A DNA stretch of 41,123 bases, from positions 1 to 41,123 of IMG/VR virus record IMGVR_UViG_3300034073_002339; one strand, given 5' to 3'. Of this stretch, positions 8,407 to 18,264 are shown piece after piece. Numbering within the stretch: the first letter of the stretch is position 1; every line of letters begins with the position of its first letter. The stretch is from a virus. Lineage: Duplodnaviria; Caudoviricetes. Position numbers and translations under genes: made by a program. Below the pieces are notes generated by a model that saw only the letters and a program-made list of their open reading frames with translations, was not told the origin of the DNA and ran no database searches.

Positions 8407-9750
8407 ATGGCTTCTATTTTACGTATTAAACGTAGTGAGGTAAGCGGTAACCCAGCAGTACTAGGAGCTGGTGAATTAGCCTATAGTGGACTAACAGATA
8501 ATGGTTCAAATGGCGGCGACCGTTTATATATTGGTATGGGTACAGAAACTGCAGGTAATGCAGTTAATCATGTTATAATTGGTGGTAAGCGTTATACCGA
8601 TATAGTAGATGCTGCTACTAATCTAAACACTTTTTCAACTCTAGTAAAACGTGACGCTAGTGGTAATTTTACTGCTACTATGATTACTAGTGATCTTACT
8701 GGTAATGCAAGTACTGCTACTACTTGGCAAAATGCTCGTGATTTAAGTTTAACTGGTGATGCTACAGCTACTTTAACCGGCGTAAATGGCAGTGCAAATG
8801 TAAGCGCAGCACTAACTTTGGCCAGCACTGGAGTCACAGCAGGTAGTTATGGTAGTACTACGCAAATACCAACATTTACAGTAGATGCAAAGGGTAGGCT
8901 TACTGCAGCTGGAACAGTTAATGTAGCCACAACACTAAGCATTAGTGGTACAAGTGGTACAGATACCGTTAATCTATTAAGCGATACCTTAAGTTTTAGC
9001 GGCGGCACTGGAGTTACTACAGCCGTTACAAATAATACAGTTACATTTAATATTGGTCAAAGTGTTGGTACTACAGATAATGTAACCTTTAATAATGTTA
9101 CTGTAAACGGAACACTAAACAGTGATGATATTACAGCAACAAATATTAGTGTAGCAGGTAATGCCACAATAACTGGTGATTTAACAATTCAAGGAACTAC
9201 AACTACAGTTAACAGTACAGCAGTAGCTATTAGTGATATTAACCTAACACTAGCTAAAGATGCTACAACTAGTGCACAAGCTGATGGAGCTGGATTAACA
9301 GTTGCAGGCGCAGCCGCTACTCTACTATATGTAAGTGCTAGTGATAGCTGGAGTTTTAATAAAAATATTAGTGCCCCTAATTTTACAGGCGGTGTAACTG
9401 GTAATGCTGCTACAGCTACTAAGTGGCAAACAGCCAGAGACTTAAGTCTAACAGGCGATGCTACAGCTACCCTAACATCAGTAGATGGTACAGCAAATGT
9501 AAGTGCAGCATTAACACTAGCAACTGTTAATAGTAATGTTGGTAGTTTTGGTGATAGTGTTACAGTACCTAGCTTTACAGTTAACGCAAAAGGTCTAATA
9601 ACAGCAGCCAGTTCTACAGCAATTCCTATAGGTACTGCTGGTGCCAATAGTGGTGCAGCTACTAAAGGTTTAGTAAGTTTTGATAGTAATATTTTTACTG
9701 TCACTAGTGGTTTTGTTACTATTAGTAGTATAGATGGTGGCAGCTACTAA
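8407..9750 (+). CDS. Tail fibre protein
   Basis: N-terminal LRIKRS...LGAGELAY...RLYIG anchor (Mtd_N-like). Duplicated WQxARDLSLTGDATATL...NVSAALTLA module, TVDAKGRLTAA fibre repeats, C-terminal IDGGSY. Confidence 0.8.
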   Translation: MASILRIKRSEVSGNPAVLGAGELAYSGLTDNGSNGGDRLYIGMGTETAGNAVNHVIIGGKRYTDIVDAATNLNTFSTLVKRDASGNFTATMITSDLTGNASTATTWQNARDLSLTGDATATLTGVNGSANVSAALTLASTGVTAGSYGSTTQIPTFTVDAKGRLTAAGTVNVATTLSISGTSGTDTVNLLSDTLSFSGGTGVTTAVTNNTVTFNIGQSVGTTDNVTFNNVTVNGTLNSDDITATNISVAGNATITGDLTIQGTTTTVNSTAVAISDINLTLAKDATTSAQADGAGLTVAGAAATLLYVSASDSWSFNKNISAPNFTGGVTGNAATATKWQTARDLSLTGDATATLTSVDGTANVSAALTLATVNSNVGSFGDSVTVPSFTVNAKGLITAASSTAIPIGTAGANSGAATKGLVSFDSNIFTVTSGFVTISSIDGGSY

Positions 9751-9808
9751 TATTATACAATAGTTTATTAACTATTTATTTAAACATCGTCCTTGTTAGG
9801 AAAAATAA

Positions 9809-11608
9809 ATGTCAACAGTAAAGTTAAAGAAAAGCTCGGTAGCTGGAAAAGTACCATTACTAGCTGACTTAGATTATGGTGAATTAGCTCTTAATTATGC
9901 TGATGGTAAATTATACTATAAAAGTAGTTCTAATACTATCGAAGCTATCTCAGGTTCTACTAGTGGTCAAGTTAGTGTTCGAGATGTGCAAGAGGCAACA
10001 GCCACAGCTAGCCAAACTACTTTTTCTATTACAGGTGGATACACTGTTGGCTATATTGATGTTTATTTAAATGGTGTACTATTACACAGTACTGACTATA
10101 CAGCAACAAATGGTACAACTGTAGTTTTAGCCGCAGGTGCTACTGTTGGTGATATTCTTAGATTTATAAAATATGATTTAACTACATTATCTAGTATTAG
10201 TACTACCAATGTTACAGAAGGCACAAACTTATATTTTACAAATGCCAGGGCTAGGAGTGCTCTAAGTGCTGGTACTGGTATCAGCTATAATAGTTCAACT
10301 GGTGCTATCAGTGTTTCTAATGGTGTATACACAACAGATACTGGTACTGTAACCAATACAATGTTAGCTGGAAGTATTGCTAACGCTAAGTTAGCTAACA
10401 GTGCTATTACAATCAACGGTACAAGTACAGCATTGGGCGGTTCAATCAGTGTTGGTACAGTAACAAGCGTAATAGCAGGTAGCTACTTAACAGGTGGTAC
10501 AATTACCGGTACAGGTACACTGGCAGTTGATGCTACTAACTTAAATACAGCAAGTAAGGTCGTTGCTCGCGACGCAAGTGGTAATTTTAGTGCAGGTACT
10601 ATTACAGCTACACTAAGTGGTAATGCTAGTACAGCCACTACACTGCAAACAGCTCGTAATATTAATGGTGTAAGTTTTAATGGTAGTGCTGATATTACTG
10701 TAACAGCTGCTGCAGGTACATTAACAGGTACAACTTTAAATTCTACAGTAGTTAGTTCTAGTCTAACAAGTGTAGGTACAATTACTAGTGGTACATGGAG
10801 TGGTTCATTTGGTGCAGTATCAGGAGCAAATCTTACAACCTTAAATGCTAGCAACATTAGTTCAGGCACTTTAGCAGCAGCTAGATTACCAGCTTTTACA
10901 GGAGATGCTACTTCTACAGCTGGAACCTCTACACTAACACTAGCTAACAGTGGAGTTACAGCAGGTACTTATGGTAGTGCTACTAATATACCACAAATAG
11001 CTGTAGATAGTAAAGGACGTATTACTAGTGTTAGTAACGTAGCTGTAAGTATACCTAGTGGTTCATTAACTTTTACTGGTGATGTTACAGGTAGCGGTAG
11101 TACTGGTAGTACAACTACACTGACACTAGCTAGTAGCGGAGTTACAGCAGGTACATACACTACTGCCAATATTACTGTAGATAGTAAAGGACGCATTACT
11201 GCTGCTAGTAGTGGAACAAGCACTATTGTTTTACAAGCAACTACAACAAATGCTACAGAAACCACTCTAACAACAGACGGAAATGCAGCAACTTCTAGTA
11301 ATCAAGTGGTACTGCCAAATAATTCAGCGTATACTTTTTCTGTATTACTAGTAGCTAGACAACAAGCAGCTGGTGGTACAAAATCAGCCGCTTGGAGATT
11401 CGAAGGGTTAATTAGACGAGAAGGTTCAGCAGCAACAACTACTTTAGTTAATAGTGCTATGACTGTAATTAGCAATGCTCCTGGCTGGTCTATTAACATA
11501 TCACAAGATACTACAAATGGTACTTTAAAAATTAGTAGTATAGGAGAATCTGCTACTAATATTAAGTGGATAGCTAATGTATCTACAAGTCAGGTTACTT
11601 ATGCATAA
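9809..11608 (+). CDS. Tail fibre protein
   Basis: N-terminal KLKKSS...LDYGELALNYADGKLYY anchor, IDVYLNGV domain, VDSKGRIT fibre repeats, C-terminal beta domain. Confidence 0.8.
   Translation: MSTVKLKKSSVAGKVPLLADLDYGELALNYADGKLYYKSSSNTIEAISGSTSGQVSVRDVQEATATASQTTFSITGGYTVGYIDVYLNGVLLHSTDYTATNGTTVVLAAGATVGDILRFIKYDLTTLSSISTTNVTEGTNLYFTNARARSALSAGTGISYNSSTGAISVSNGVYTTDTGTVTNTMLAGSIANAKLANSAITINGTSTALGGSISVGTVTSVIAGSYLTGGTITGTGTLAVDATNLNTASKVVARDASGNFSAGTITATLSGNASTATTLQTARNINGVSFNGSADITVTAAAGTLTGTTLNSTVVSSSLTSVGTITSGTWSGSFGAVSGANLTTLNASNISSGTLAAARLPAFTGDATSTAGTSTLTLANSGVTAGTYGSATNIPQIAVDSKGRITSVSNVAVSIPSGSLTFTGDVTGSGSTGSTTTLTLASSGVTAGTYTTANITVDSKGRITAASSGTSTIVLQATTTNATETTLTTDGNAATSSNQVVLPNNSAYTFSVLLVARQQAAGGTKSAAWRFEGLIRREGSAATTTLVNSAMTVISNAPGWSINISQDTTNGTLKISSIGESATNIKWIANVSTSQVTYA
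10937..11133 (+). repeat. 186-bp fibre repeat unit, near-identical to the tandem copies at 18541-19034
   Basis: ACACTAGCTAACAGTGG...ATACCACAAATAGCTGTAGATAGTAAAGGACG...GGTGATGTTACAGGTAGCGGTAGTACTGGTAGT shared almost base for base. Confidence 0.9.
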
Positions 11609-11619
11609 GGAAGTACCTA

Positions 11620-12678
11620 ATGTCCGTTACTATTAATCATGAAAAAAATAGTATTATCAATTCTTCTCTTGGTTTAGGGGTAGTACCTGGATTTCCTAAT
11701 TCAAATATTACTACTTTAGGTGATCAAGATTTAAGTTTAGGTGAAAACTATGTAGCTAGTACAAGTGGCTACGATGCTTTTAATGTTCCTATTACATCCT
11801 CTGATTCGTTTTCATTAATGGATCCCTACAATGGCACAAATACAATAAATTTTGGTATTATACCACCACCATCTGCTAATGTAGAGTATCTTGTAGTTGC
11901 CGGTGGCGGAGGAGCTGGATACGATGCAGCAGGCGGTGGTGGCGGTGGCGGATTGTTAAGCGGTACTGTGGAATTAGCATTAAGTACAGCATTTTCTGTC
12001 AGAGTTGGAGCCGGAGGCGCTATTTACAGCACCCAAGGATCTAATAGTGTATTTTCTACTTATACTGCTTATGGTGGTGGTGCCGGTGGCGGTAAAAATG
12101 GTGGTGGCGGCAACGGTGGTAGTGGTGGTGGAGGCGGACATAAAGGTGGTGCAGGAGGATCTGGAGTTTATCCAGGATCACCTTATATAGATGCTCCAAG
12201 ACAAGGCTATAATGGTTATGGAACTGGTGATTACTGTACTGGAATGGGTGGCGGCGGTGCTGGAGCCGCAAGTACAGGGCGTAATGGTGGTGATGGAGCC
12301 ACAAGTTCTATTAGTGGTACTTTAACGTACTATGCAGGTGGAGGTGGTGGAGGAAGTCACTGCGGTGGAACTGCAGCTAGTTCAGGTGGACTAGGTGGTG
12401 GAGGAACTGGTGGTGGTGGCCATAGTCGTGGTTGCGTAGACATACCAACATCTGGAGGGACAAATACTGGTGGCGGTGGCGGTGGTAACGGAACCCTTGG
12501 TTGTGGTTATGCTAGTGGTAGTGGTGGCTCAGGTATAGTTATTATAAGAATACCAAGCTATAGAAATGCTAACTTTAGTGGCGGAGTTACCTCAAGTTTA
12601 GACACCACAGTTTCTGGTTATAAAATTTATACAGTTACAGCAACATCAACAGCCAGCGAAACAGTTACGTTTACCTGA
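11620..12678 (+). CDS. Glycine-rich adhesin-like protein (MSVTINHEKNS paralog 1)
   Basis: Shared N-terminal module. VEYLVVAGGGGAG start of a Gly-rich domain (gp38-adhesin-like polyglycine) ending GGSGIVIIR. Confidence 0.75.
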   Translation: MSVTINHEKNSIINSSLGLGVVPGFPNSNITTLGDQDLSLGENYVASTSGYDAFNVPITSSDSFSLMDPYNGTNTINFGIIPPPSANVEYLVVAGGGGAGYDAAGGGGGGGLLSGTVELALSTAFSVRVGAGGAIYSTQGSNSVFSTYTAYGGGAGGGKNGGGGNGGSGGGGGHKGGAGGSGVYPGSPYIDAPRQGYNGYGTGDYCTGMGGGGAGAASTGRNGGDGATSSISGTLTYYAGGGGGGSHCGGTAASSGGLGGGGTGGGGHSRGCVDIPTSGGTNTGGGGGGNGTLGCGYASGSGGSGIVIIRIPSYRNANFSGGVTSSLDTTVSGYKIYTVTATSTASETVTFT

Positions 12679-12687
12679 GGATATTCA

Positions 12688-13077
12688 ATGGCACATTTTG
12701 CTTTATTAGATGAAAATAATTATGTAGTACAAGTTTTTGCTGGCAGAGATCAAGACGATGAAATAGAGTTAACTAATAGGACTGGTCATACTTATAAAAA
12801 GACAAGTTATAATACTTTTGGTGGAGTGCATAAGTTAGGAGGAACTCCTTTACGTAAGAATTTTGCCGGAATTGGTTATTACTACGACTCTCAAAAAGAT
12901 GCGTTTATACCACCTAAACCTTATCCAAGTTGGATACTAAACGAAACTACTTGTCTTTGGGATCCGCCCGTAGGCTATCCTAGTGATTATGGAACACCTG
13001 GTGTTTCTTATAGATGGGATGAAAGTACAATCTCTTGGCGCAATGATACAGCAGAAACTCCTGTTGAGAGTGTATAA
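12688..13077 (+). CDS. Tail fibre/adhesin-associated protein (MAH-type paralog 1, putative chaperone)
   Basis: MAHFALLDENN...TSYNT...RKNFAGIGY...DAFIPPKPYPSW...WDE. Paralogous to 28368 and 29014. GAGG RBS. Confidence 0.7.
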   Translation: MAHFALLDENNYVVQVFAGRDQDDEIELTNRTGHTYKKTSYNTFGGVHKLGGTPLRKNFAGIGYYYDSQKDAFIPPKPYPSWILNETTCLWDPPVGYPSDYGTPGVSYRWDESTISWRNDTAETPVESV

Positions 13078-13406
13078 TGCGTACTGATGATATGGGATTT
13101 TTTGGAAATATTTGGGTACGTCAGCGAGTACTTAAGCAAGGCGAAACACACCTAGGACATAAGCATCATTTTGATCATGTGACATTATTAGCAAAAGGAC
13201 ACGTAAAAGTAGAAGTAGAGGAGCGCAGTAAAGAATTCTACGCACCAACTTTTATAGTTATAAGAAAAGAACATGAACATGCTTTTACTGCACTAAGCGA
13301 AGATGTTTTATATTATTGCGTATTTGCTCTGCGCGATGTTGATGGAGAGATTATGGATCTTTTTTCACCAGATCACGACCCTCTAAGCTACGAAAAGTTA
13401 GCTTAA
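13077..13406 (+). CDS. Cupin-fold protein
   Basis: GHKHHFDHVTLLAKG (cupin motif 1) and IRKEHEHAFTAL (motif 2 His). TAATG coupling with the upstream gene. Confidence 0.7.
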   Translation: MRTDDMGFFGNIWVRQRVLKQGETHLGHKHHFDHVTLLAKGHVKVEVEERSKEFYAPTFIVIRKEHEHAFTALSEDVLYYCVFALRDVDGEIMDLFSPDHDPLSYEKLA

Positions 13407-13453
13407 AATAACCATAAATATGTTTTATTGCATAATTTTTAAGGAAGTACCTA

Positions 13454-14554
13454 ATGTCTGTTACTATTAATCATGAAAAAAATAGTATTATTAATTCTGC
13501 ACTTAATTCTGGAACAGTACTAGGGTTTCCTAATTCAAGTATTAGTACATTAGGTGATCAAGATTTAGGAATAGGTGAAAATTATGTAGCTAATACAAAT
13601 ACGTACGATGCTTTTAATGTTCCTACTACATCCTTTGATTCATTTTCACTAATCGATCCTAAAGATGCCACAAATATAATAAATTATGGATCTGTGGAAA
13701 CACCCCCAGGACAAGTAGCTTATACTACACCAGGTACATATACTTGGATAGCTCCTGCAGGAGTTAATAGTGTTCACATAGTTTGTGTTGGAGGTGGAGC
13801 AGGCGGCACGGGTGGTTGGGGAATATCGACCGCGCCTGGTACTTCAGGTGGAGGTGGCGGTGGATTAGGTTGGAAGAATAATATTTCAGTTGTTTCAGGT
13901 CAAAGCTATACTGTAGTTGTTGGTACTGGCTCCAATGGAAATACGGGCGGCGTATCAACAGCCAATGGAGGACAAAGTTATTTTATTAGTGATGCTATAG
14001 TAAGTGGTAATGGTGGCGGTGGCGCAGGTAATAATATAGGCGGTACGGGCGGATCTTATACAGGTGATGGTGGTGGTGCAGGTGGTTCAGGTAGTAATCA
14101 TGGTGGTCAAAGCTTTCAAACTGGTGGAGGTGGTGGAGCAGGCGGTTATACCGGAACTGGTGGTTCAGGAGGAGCGGGTCAATCTAGTAGTGGCACTGCA
14201 GGATCCGGCGGCGGAGGTGGAGGTGGTGGTGGCGGTGCTTCTGGTAGTAATGTATCTACTTCTGGCGGAGGTGGAGGAGTAGGAATATTAGGCCAAGGTT
14301 CCGATGGAACAGCAGGAGCAGCAAGAAGCGGCGGTGGCGGTGGAAGCGGTGGTGGCAGCGGCACTAATGGAACAAACTATTACGCAGGTGATTTGGGTGG
14401 TTCTGGTGGTAGCTATGGTGGAGGTGGTGGCGGTGGCGGGTTATACGGATATTCTGGTGGTCCCAGCGGTGGTGGTAATGGAGGCAGTGGTGCTGTAAGA
14501 ATTATTTGGGGTAATAATCGTAGCTTTCCTTCTACTAATACTGGTGATTTATAA
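13454..14554 (+). CDS. Glycine-rich adhesin-like protein (MSVTINHEKNS paralog 2)
   Basis: Shared N-terminal module. YTTPGTYTWIAPAGVNSVHIVCVGGG Gly-rich domain ending GAVRIIWG...FPSTN. Confidence 0.75.
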   Translation: MSVTINHEKNSIINSALNSGTVLGFPNSSISTLGDQDLGIGENYVANTNTYDAFNVPTTSFDSFSLIDPKDATNIINYGSVETPPGQVAYTTPGTYTWIAPAGVNSVHIVCVGGGAGGTGGWGISTAPGTSGGGGGGLGWKNNISVVSGQSYTVVVGTGSNGNTGGVSTANGGQSYFISDAIVSGNGGGGAGNNIGGTGGSYTGDGGGAGGSGSNHGGQSFQTGGGGGAGGYTGTGGSGGAGQSSSGTAGSGGGGGGGGGGASGSNVSTSGGGGGVGILGQGSDGTAGAARSGGGGGSGGGSGTNGTNYYAGDLGGSGGSYGGGGGGGGLYGYSGGPSGGGNGGSGAVRIIWGNNRSFPSTNTGDL

Positions 14555-14577
14555 TATAATTTTTAAGGAAGTGCCTA

Positions 14578-15957
14578 ATGTCTGTTACTATTAATCACGA
14601 AAAAAATAGTATTATTAATTCTTCGTTTGATTCTGGAATAGTATTGGGATTTCCTAATTCAAATACTACAACTTTATCTGTTCAAGATTTAAGTACTAGT
14701 GAAACTTATCTAGGTGAAACTGTTGCAATAGATAGTTTTGGAAATGGTACTTTAAGCACGCTGTCAAAATTTTCTCTTATGGATCCAGTAGGTAGTTTAC
14801 AGCCTTTAGTATACGATGCTCTTCCACCTGGTCCGCCACCTACTTACTCCATATCTCCTAGCACTAGTTCAGTTAATGAAGGTACTGCAATAACTTGGAC
14901 TATAACTACAACTAATATAGGTCACGGTACTACACTATACTGGGATAATACTGGAACTACTTCAGCAAGTGATTTTGTTGAAAATATAAGTAGTGGATCA
15001 ACAGTAGTTTATTTTAATACAGCTACTATTACACTTTCAATAGCAGCGGATAATACTACCGAAGGATCAGAAACTGCTATTATCAATTTACGTACTGGTA
15101 GTGTTAGCGGACCTATTGTAGCTACAGCAACAACTGTTACTATAAATGATACAAGTATTACGCCAAATGTTGAAGGACAGCAAGTCTATACTACTCCAGG
15201 TAGCTACACCTGGGTATGTCCTGCTGGAGTTACTAGCGTTTCAGTTCTTGTAATTGGCGCAGGCGGTGGTGGTGCTACTCAAAGTGCTGGAGGTGGTGGA
15301 GGTGGTGGAGCCCTTGCATACGCCAATAACTATTCTGTAACTCCAGGTAATAGTTATGCCGTACAAGTAGGAACTGGAGGCAGCAGTAATAGTAATGGTA
15401 CTAGTTCTTATTTTGTAGGCTCAGAAGTAATACTAGCTAATGGCGGACAGTCTGGTAGCGGTAGTAGATCAGGTGGTCAACCACAAGGCGGATGGTATTC
15501 AGGTGGTGGCGGGGGCGGAACTGGCGGCAGTTATACTAATGGAATATTTGCAGATGGTGGTGGTGGAGCAGCTGGCTACACTGGTTCAGGCGGAAATGGT
15601 GCCGGTGGAGACAATTCTAATACTGCTGGTAATGGTAGTGGAGGCGGTGGCGGTGGCGGTGGTGGCTACGGTCAAACTAATTACGGTGGTGGTGGCGGTG
15701 GTGGCGTAGGAATTTATGGCCAAGGATCTAATGGTAGTGCAGGAAGCAGTAGTAGTGGGGGCGCTGGTGGTAGCGGTGGTAGCTCTGGAGGTAGTGGAGG
15801 TAGTGGAGCACCTGGTGGAAGTGGTGGCCAGTATGGTGGCGGTGGAGGAAATACTCATGCAAGTGGAAGTGGCGGTACTGGAGGCAGCGGAGCAGTTCGT
15901 ATTATATATCCTGGAACTACACGATCATTTCCTTCTACAAATGTAGGCAACTACTAG
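14578..15957 (+). CDS. Glycine-rich adhesin-like protein with Calx-beta/Ig-like insert (MSVTINHEKNS paralog 3)
   Basis: Shared N-terminal module. SVNEG...SASDF...ADNTTEGSET...VTINDTS Calx-beta-like domain. Gly-rich domain ending GAVRIIYPG...FPSTN. Confidence 0.75.
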   Translation: MSVTINHEKNSIINSSFDSGIVLGFPNSNTTTLSVQDLSTSETYLGETVAIDSFGNGTLSTLSKFSLMDPVGSLQPLVYDALPPGPPPTYSISPSTSSVNEGTAITWTITTTNIGHGTTLYWDNTGTTSASDFVENISSGSTVVYFNTATITLSIAADNTTEGSETAIINLRTGSVSGPIVATATTVTINDTSITPNVEGQQVYTTPGSYTWVCPAGVTSVSVLVIGAGGGGATQSAGGGGGGGALAYANNYSVTPGNSYAVQVGTGGSSNSNGTSSYFVGSEVILANGGQSGSGSRSGGQPQGGWYSGGGGGGTGGSYTNGIFADGGGGAAGYTGSGGNGAGGDNSNTAGNGSGGGGGGGGGYGQTNYGGGGGGGVGIYGQGSNGSAGSSSSGGAGGSGGSSGGSGGSGAPGGSGGQYGGGGGNTHASGSGGTGGSGAVRIIYPGTTRSFPSTNVGNY

Positions 15958-15997
15958 TAGATATTTATAAATTATTAACTTTTTATATCGGTGAAAT

Positions 15998-16570
15998 ATG
16001 CCAACAACATTACAATTTAGACGCGGAACTACTGCTCAAAATAATGCATTTACAGGAGCAGCAGGAGAATTAACTGTAGATACAGATTTAAATACTCTTA
16101 GAGTTCATAATAACTCCACTGCTGGTGGATTTGAGCTGGTACAAAAATCAGCTATTCAAACCCTGAACAATAAAACACTTGGAATAAATACCAAAGAAAG
16201 TTTTACTAGTTCTGCAACTGCAGCAACTGGTACAATTAATTTTGACTGTAATACTTATCAGATATTGTACTATACAACAAATAGTAGTGCAAACTTTACT
16301 GTGAATATTAGAGGTGATAGTAGTACTGCATTAAATAGTATTTTAAACATAGGTGAATCAATATCTTGTATATTTATGGTAACAAATGGCGGAACAGCTT
16401 ACTATCAAACTAGTTTTCAAATAGACGGTACTGCTGTTACACCTAAATGGCAAGGCGGAACTGCTCCAAGCAGCGGAAATGCAAGTTCTATAGATGTTTA
16501 TAGTTATACTATACTTAAAACAGCCAGTTCTACATATACAGTATTAGCAAGTCAATCTAAATTTGCATAG
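15998..16570 (+). CDS. Short tail fibre protein with Mtd_N-like anchor
   Basis: LQFRRGTTAQNNAFTGAAGELTVDTD...LRVH resembles the major tropism determinant N-terminal domain. C-terminal KWQGGTAP...IDVYSY domain. Confidence 0.75.
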   Translation: MPTTLQFRRGTTAQNNAFTGAAGELTVDTDLNTLRVHNNSTAGGFELVQKSAIQTLNNKTLGINTKESFTSSATAATGTINFDCNTYQILYYTTNSSANFTVNIRGDSSTALNSILNIGESISCIFMVTNGGTAYYQTSFQIDGTAVTPKWQGGTAPSSGNASSIDVYSYTILKTASSTYTVLASQSKFA

Positions 16571-16581
16571 AGTGAATAATT

Positions 16582-17475
16582 ATGCCTTTTTTAAAAACTT
16601 TTGGTAAAGGCTCTAGCAGAAATTATGGCAGAGGTTTAGGTGGCGCAGGAAGTCTTCCAATTGTTGTAGCTCCTAGTGGGGCTAGTATAATAAGAAGCGG
16701 AAATGCTTTGCAGTGGTCAACTCCTGGAAGTTATACCTATACTGTACCTAATTTTTCTGGTAGAACTATGCACGTGATTGTAGTAGGATCAGGAGGAAGT
16801 GGCTCTAGCCATGGAGGTGGTGGAGGAGGTGGCGGACTAGCTTATTCTACTTTTTCCACAACACAAGTACCGGCAGGAACAACACTGTCAATTACTATAG
16901 GTTCTGGACCAGGAAACGTTTTTAGTGGTGGTGATTTTAATGGTGCTGCAGGAAACACAAGTATTGTTTCATTTTCAGTAGCAGGAGTTAGTACTATGTA
17001 TGGTTACGGTGGTGGTGCAGGAATCGTGGCTAGTAACGGTGGACAAGGCGGTAGCGGTGGTGGTGCAAGTGGAGGAAACTACGGTAATTATAGCGGTGGA
17101 CAAGGCGGTAGTGGTAATGGCACTGGTTATGCTACTAATAGTGGACTGTATAGTACTGGTGGTAGAGGTGGTGAAGGCAATTGGCCTGGTGGTGGTGGTG
17201 GAGCAGGTTGGTGTGGAGGTGGCCGTGGTTACAATGGTGGTAATAATGGTACAGGATATACTGGTTATGGTGGCGGAGGCGGTTATTCTGCAGATGGTGG
17301 TAGTAATGGTAAAGGCGGCGGCGGTTTAATAACATTAGGCGGAACTCTTAATACGATCTCTGATGTCAGAACAGGAGGTTTAGGAGGTGGTGGTGGTGGG
17401 GGCTACCCTAACTATCATGGCAAAGGTGGTGATGGTGTAGTAATACTTGATTGGAGCCCAACGGGCCTTCCTTAG
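16582..17475 (+). CDS. Glycine-rich adhesin-like protein
   Basis: TPGSYTYTVP...VIVVGSGGSG...GGDGVVILDW Gly-rich domain. Confidence 0.72.
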   Translation: MPFLKTFGKGSSRNYGRGLGGAGSLPIVVAPSGASIIRSGNALQWSTPGSYTYTVPNFSGRTMHVIVVGSGGSGSSHGGGGGGGGLAYSTFSTTQVPAGTTLSITIGSGPGNVFSGGDFNGAAGNTSIVSFSVAGVSTMYGYGGGAGIVASNGGQGGSGGGASGGNYGNYSGGQGGSGNGTGYATNSGLYSTGGRGGEGNWPGGGGGAGWCGGGRGYNGGNNGTGYTGYGGGGGYSADGGSNGKGGGGLITLGGTLNTISDVRTGGLGGGGGGGYPNYHGKGGDGVVILDWSPTGLP

Positions 17476-17484
17476 GATAGTAAT

Positions 17485-17790
17485 ATGAATTTTGCTAAAA
17501 TTTTAAATAATAGTATTGTAAAGTATCCTTATACTTGGGATGATTTACAGCAAGAAAATCCAGGTACTACGTATGATTCTAGATATAGTTTACCTACTTG
17601 GTTTTCTTTTACAAAATTAGCCAAACTAGGGTATTCACTAGAACCAGTTAAAGAGTTAGACATGCCAACAGAGTATGATCATGTAAATTTTATGCCTAAG
17701 ATTAGAACAACTTTAGAGTATAATCAAGTAGATGGCTGGCATATTGGCTGGGATCTAGTAGAAAAACCAAGTATACCGCCTAGTACATAA
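17485..17790 (+). CDS. Hypothetical protein (fibre-cassette associated)
   Basis: 101-aa ORF with AGGA RBS, KYPYTWDDLQQENP motif, in operon context. Confidence 0.6.
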   Translation: MNFAKILNNSIVKYPYTWDDLQQENPGTTYDSRYSLPTWFSFTKLAKLGYSLEPVKELDMPTEYDHVNFMPKIRTTLEYNQVDGWHIGWDLVEKPSIPPST

Positions 17791-17804
17791 ATGGATATAT
17801 AATC

Positions 17805-18227
17805 ATGGAATTAGTAATAAGATTAAAAAATGGACAACCAATTGATCATCCTATATTAGTTAGCAATCTTCTTCAAGCCTTTCCCGATACAGACTTGTCA
17901 AATTTACCAAATAATGATTTCGCTAGATTTGAACGAGTAGAAAGGCGTGAAATTGGGCCTTATGAAATATATGAATCTTCTAATTATGAATGGTCAGGTA
18001 ATATTGTCAAGGATGTACATAATATTAGACAGATGACTTCTCAGGAAAAATTAGATAAACAAAATCTAATTAAACAAGCTTGGGCAGATAATCCTGGATG
18101 GGCATCTTGGATATTTGATGAAGAAACCGCTGTATTTAAACCACCTGTTCCCTACCCTAGTGATGGTAATCCATATATGTGGGACGAAGCAACACTATCA
18201 TGGAAAGCGCTCCAACTCCCAGCTTAA
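17805..18227 (+). CDS. Hypothetical protein (fibre-cassette associated, MAH-like C-terminus)
   Basis: C-terminal SWIFDEET...PPVPYPSDG...WDE...W is shared with the MAH-type paralogs. Confidence 0.65.
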   Translation: MELVIRLKNGQPIDHPILVSNLLQAFPDTDLSNLPNNDFARFERVERREIGPYEIYESSNYEWSGNIVKDVHNIRQMTSQEKLDKQNLIKQAWADNPGWASWIFDEETAVFKPPVPYPSDGNPYMWDEATLSWKALQLPA

Positions 18228-18264
18228 GTGTAAAAACCTTATAGATTATTTATAGAGAGTAATT

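Noticed and set aside
9759-9777. Hairpin AATAGTT/AACTATT as a terminator
   Set aside because: Nearly all A-T pairs and too weak to call.
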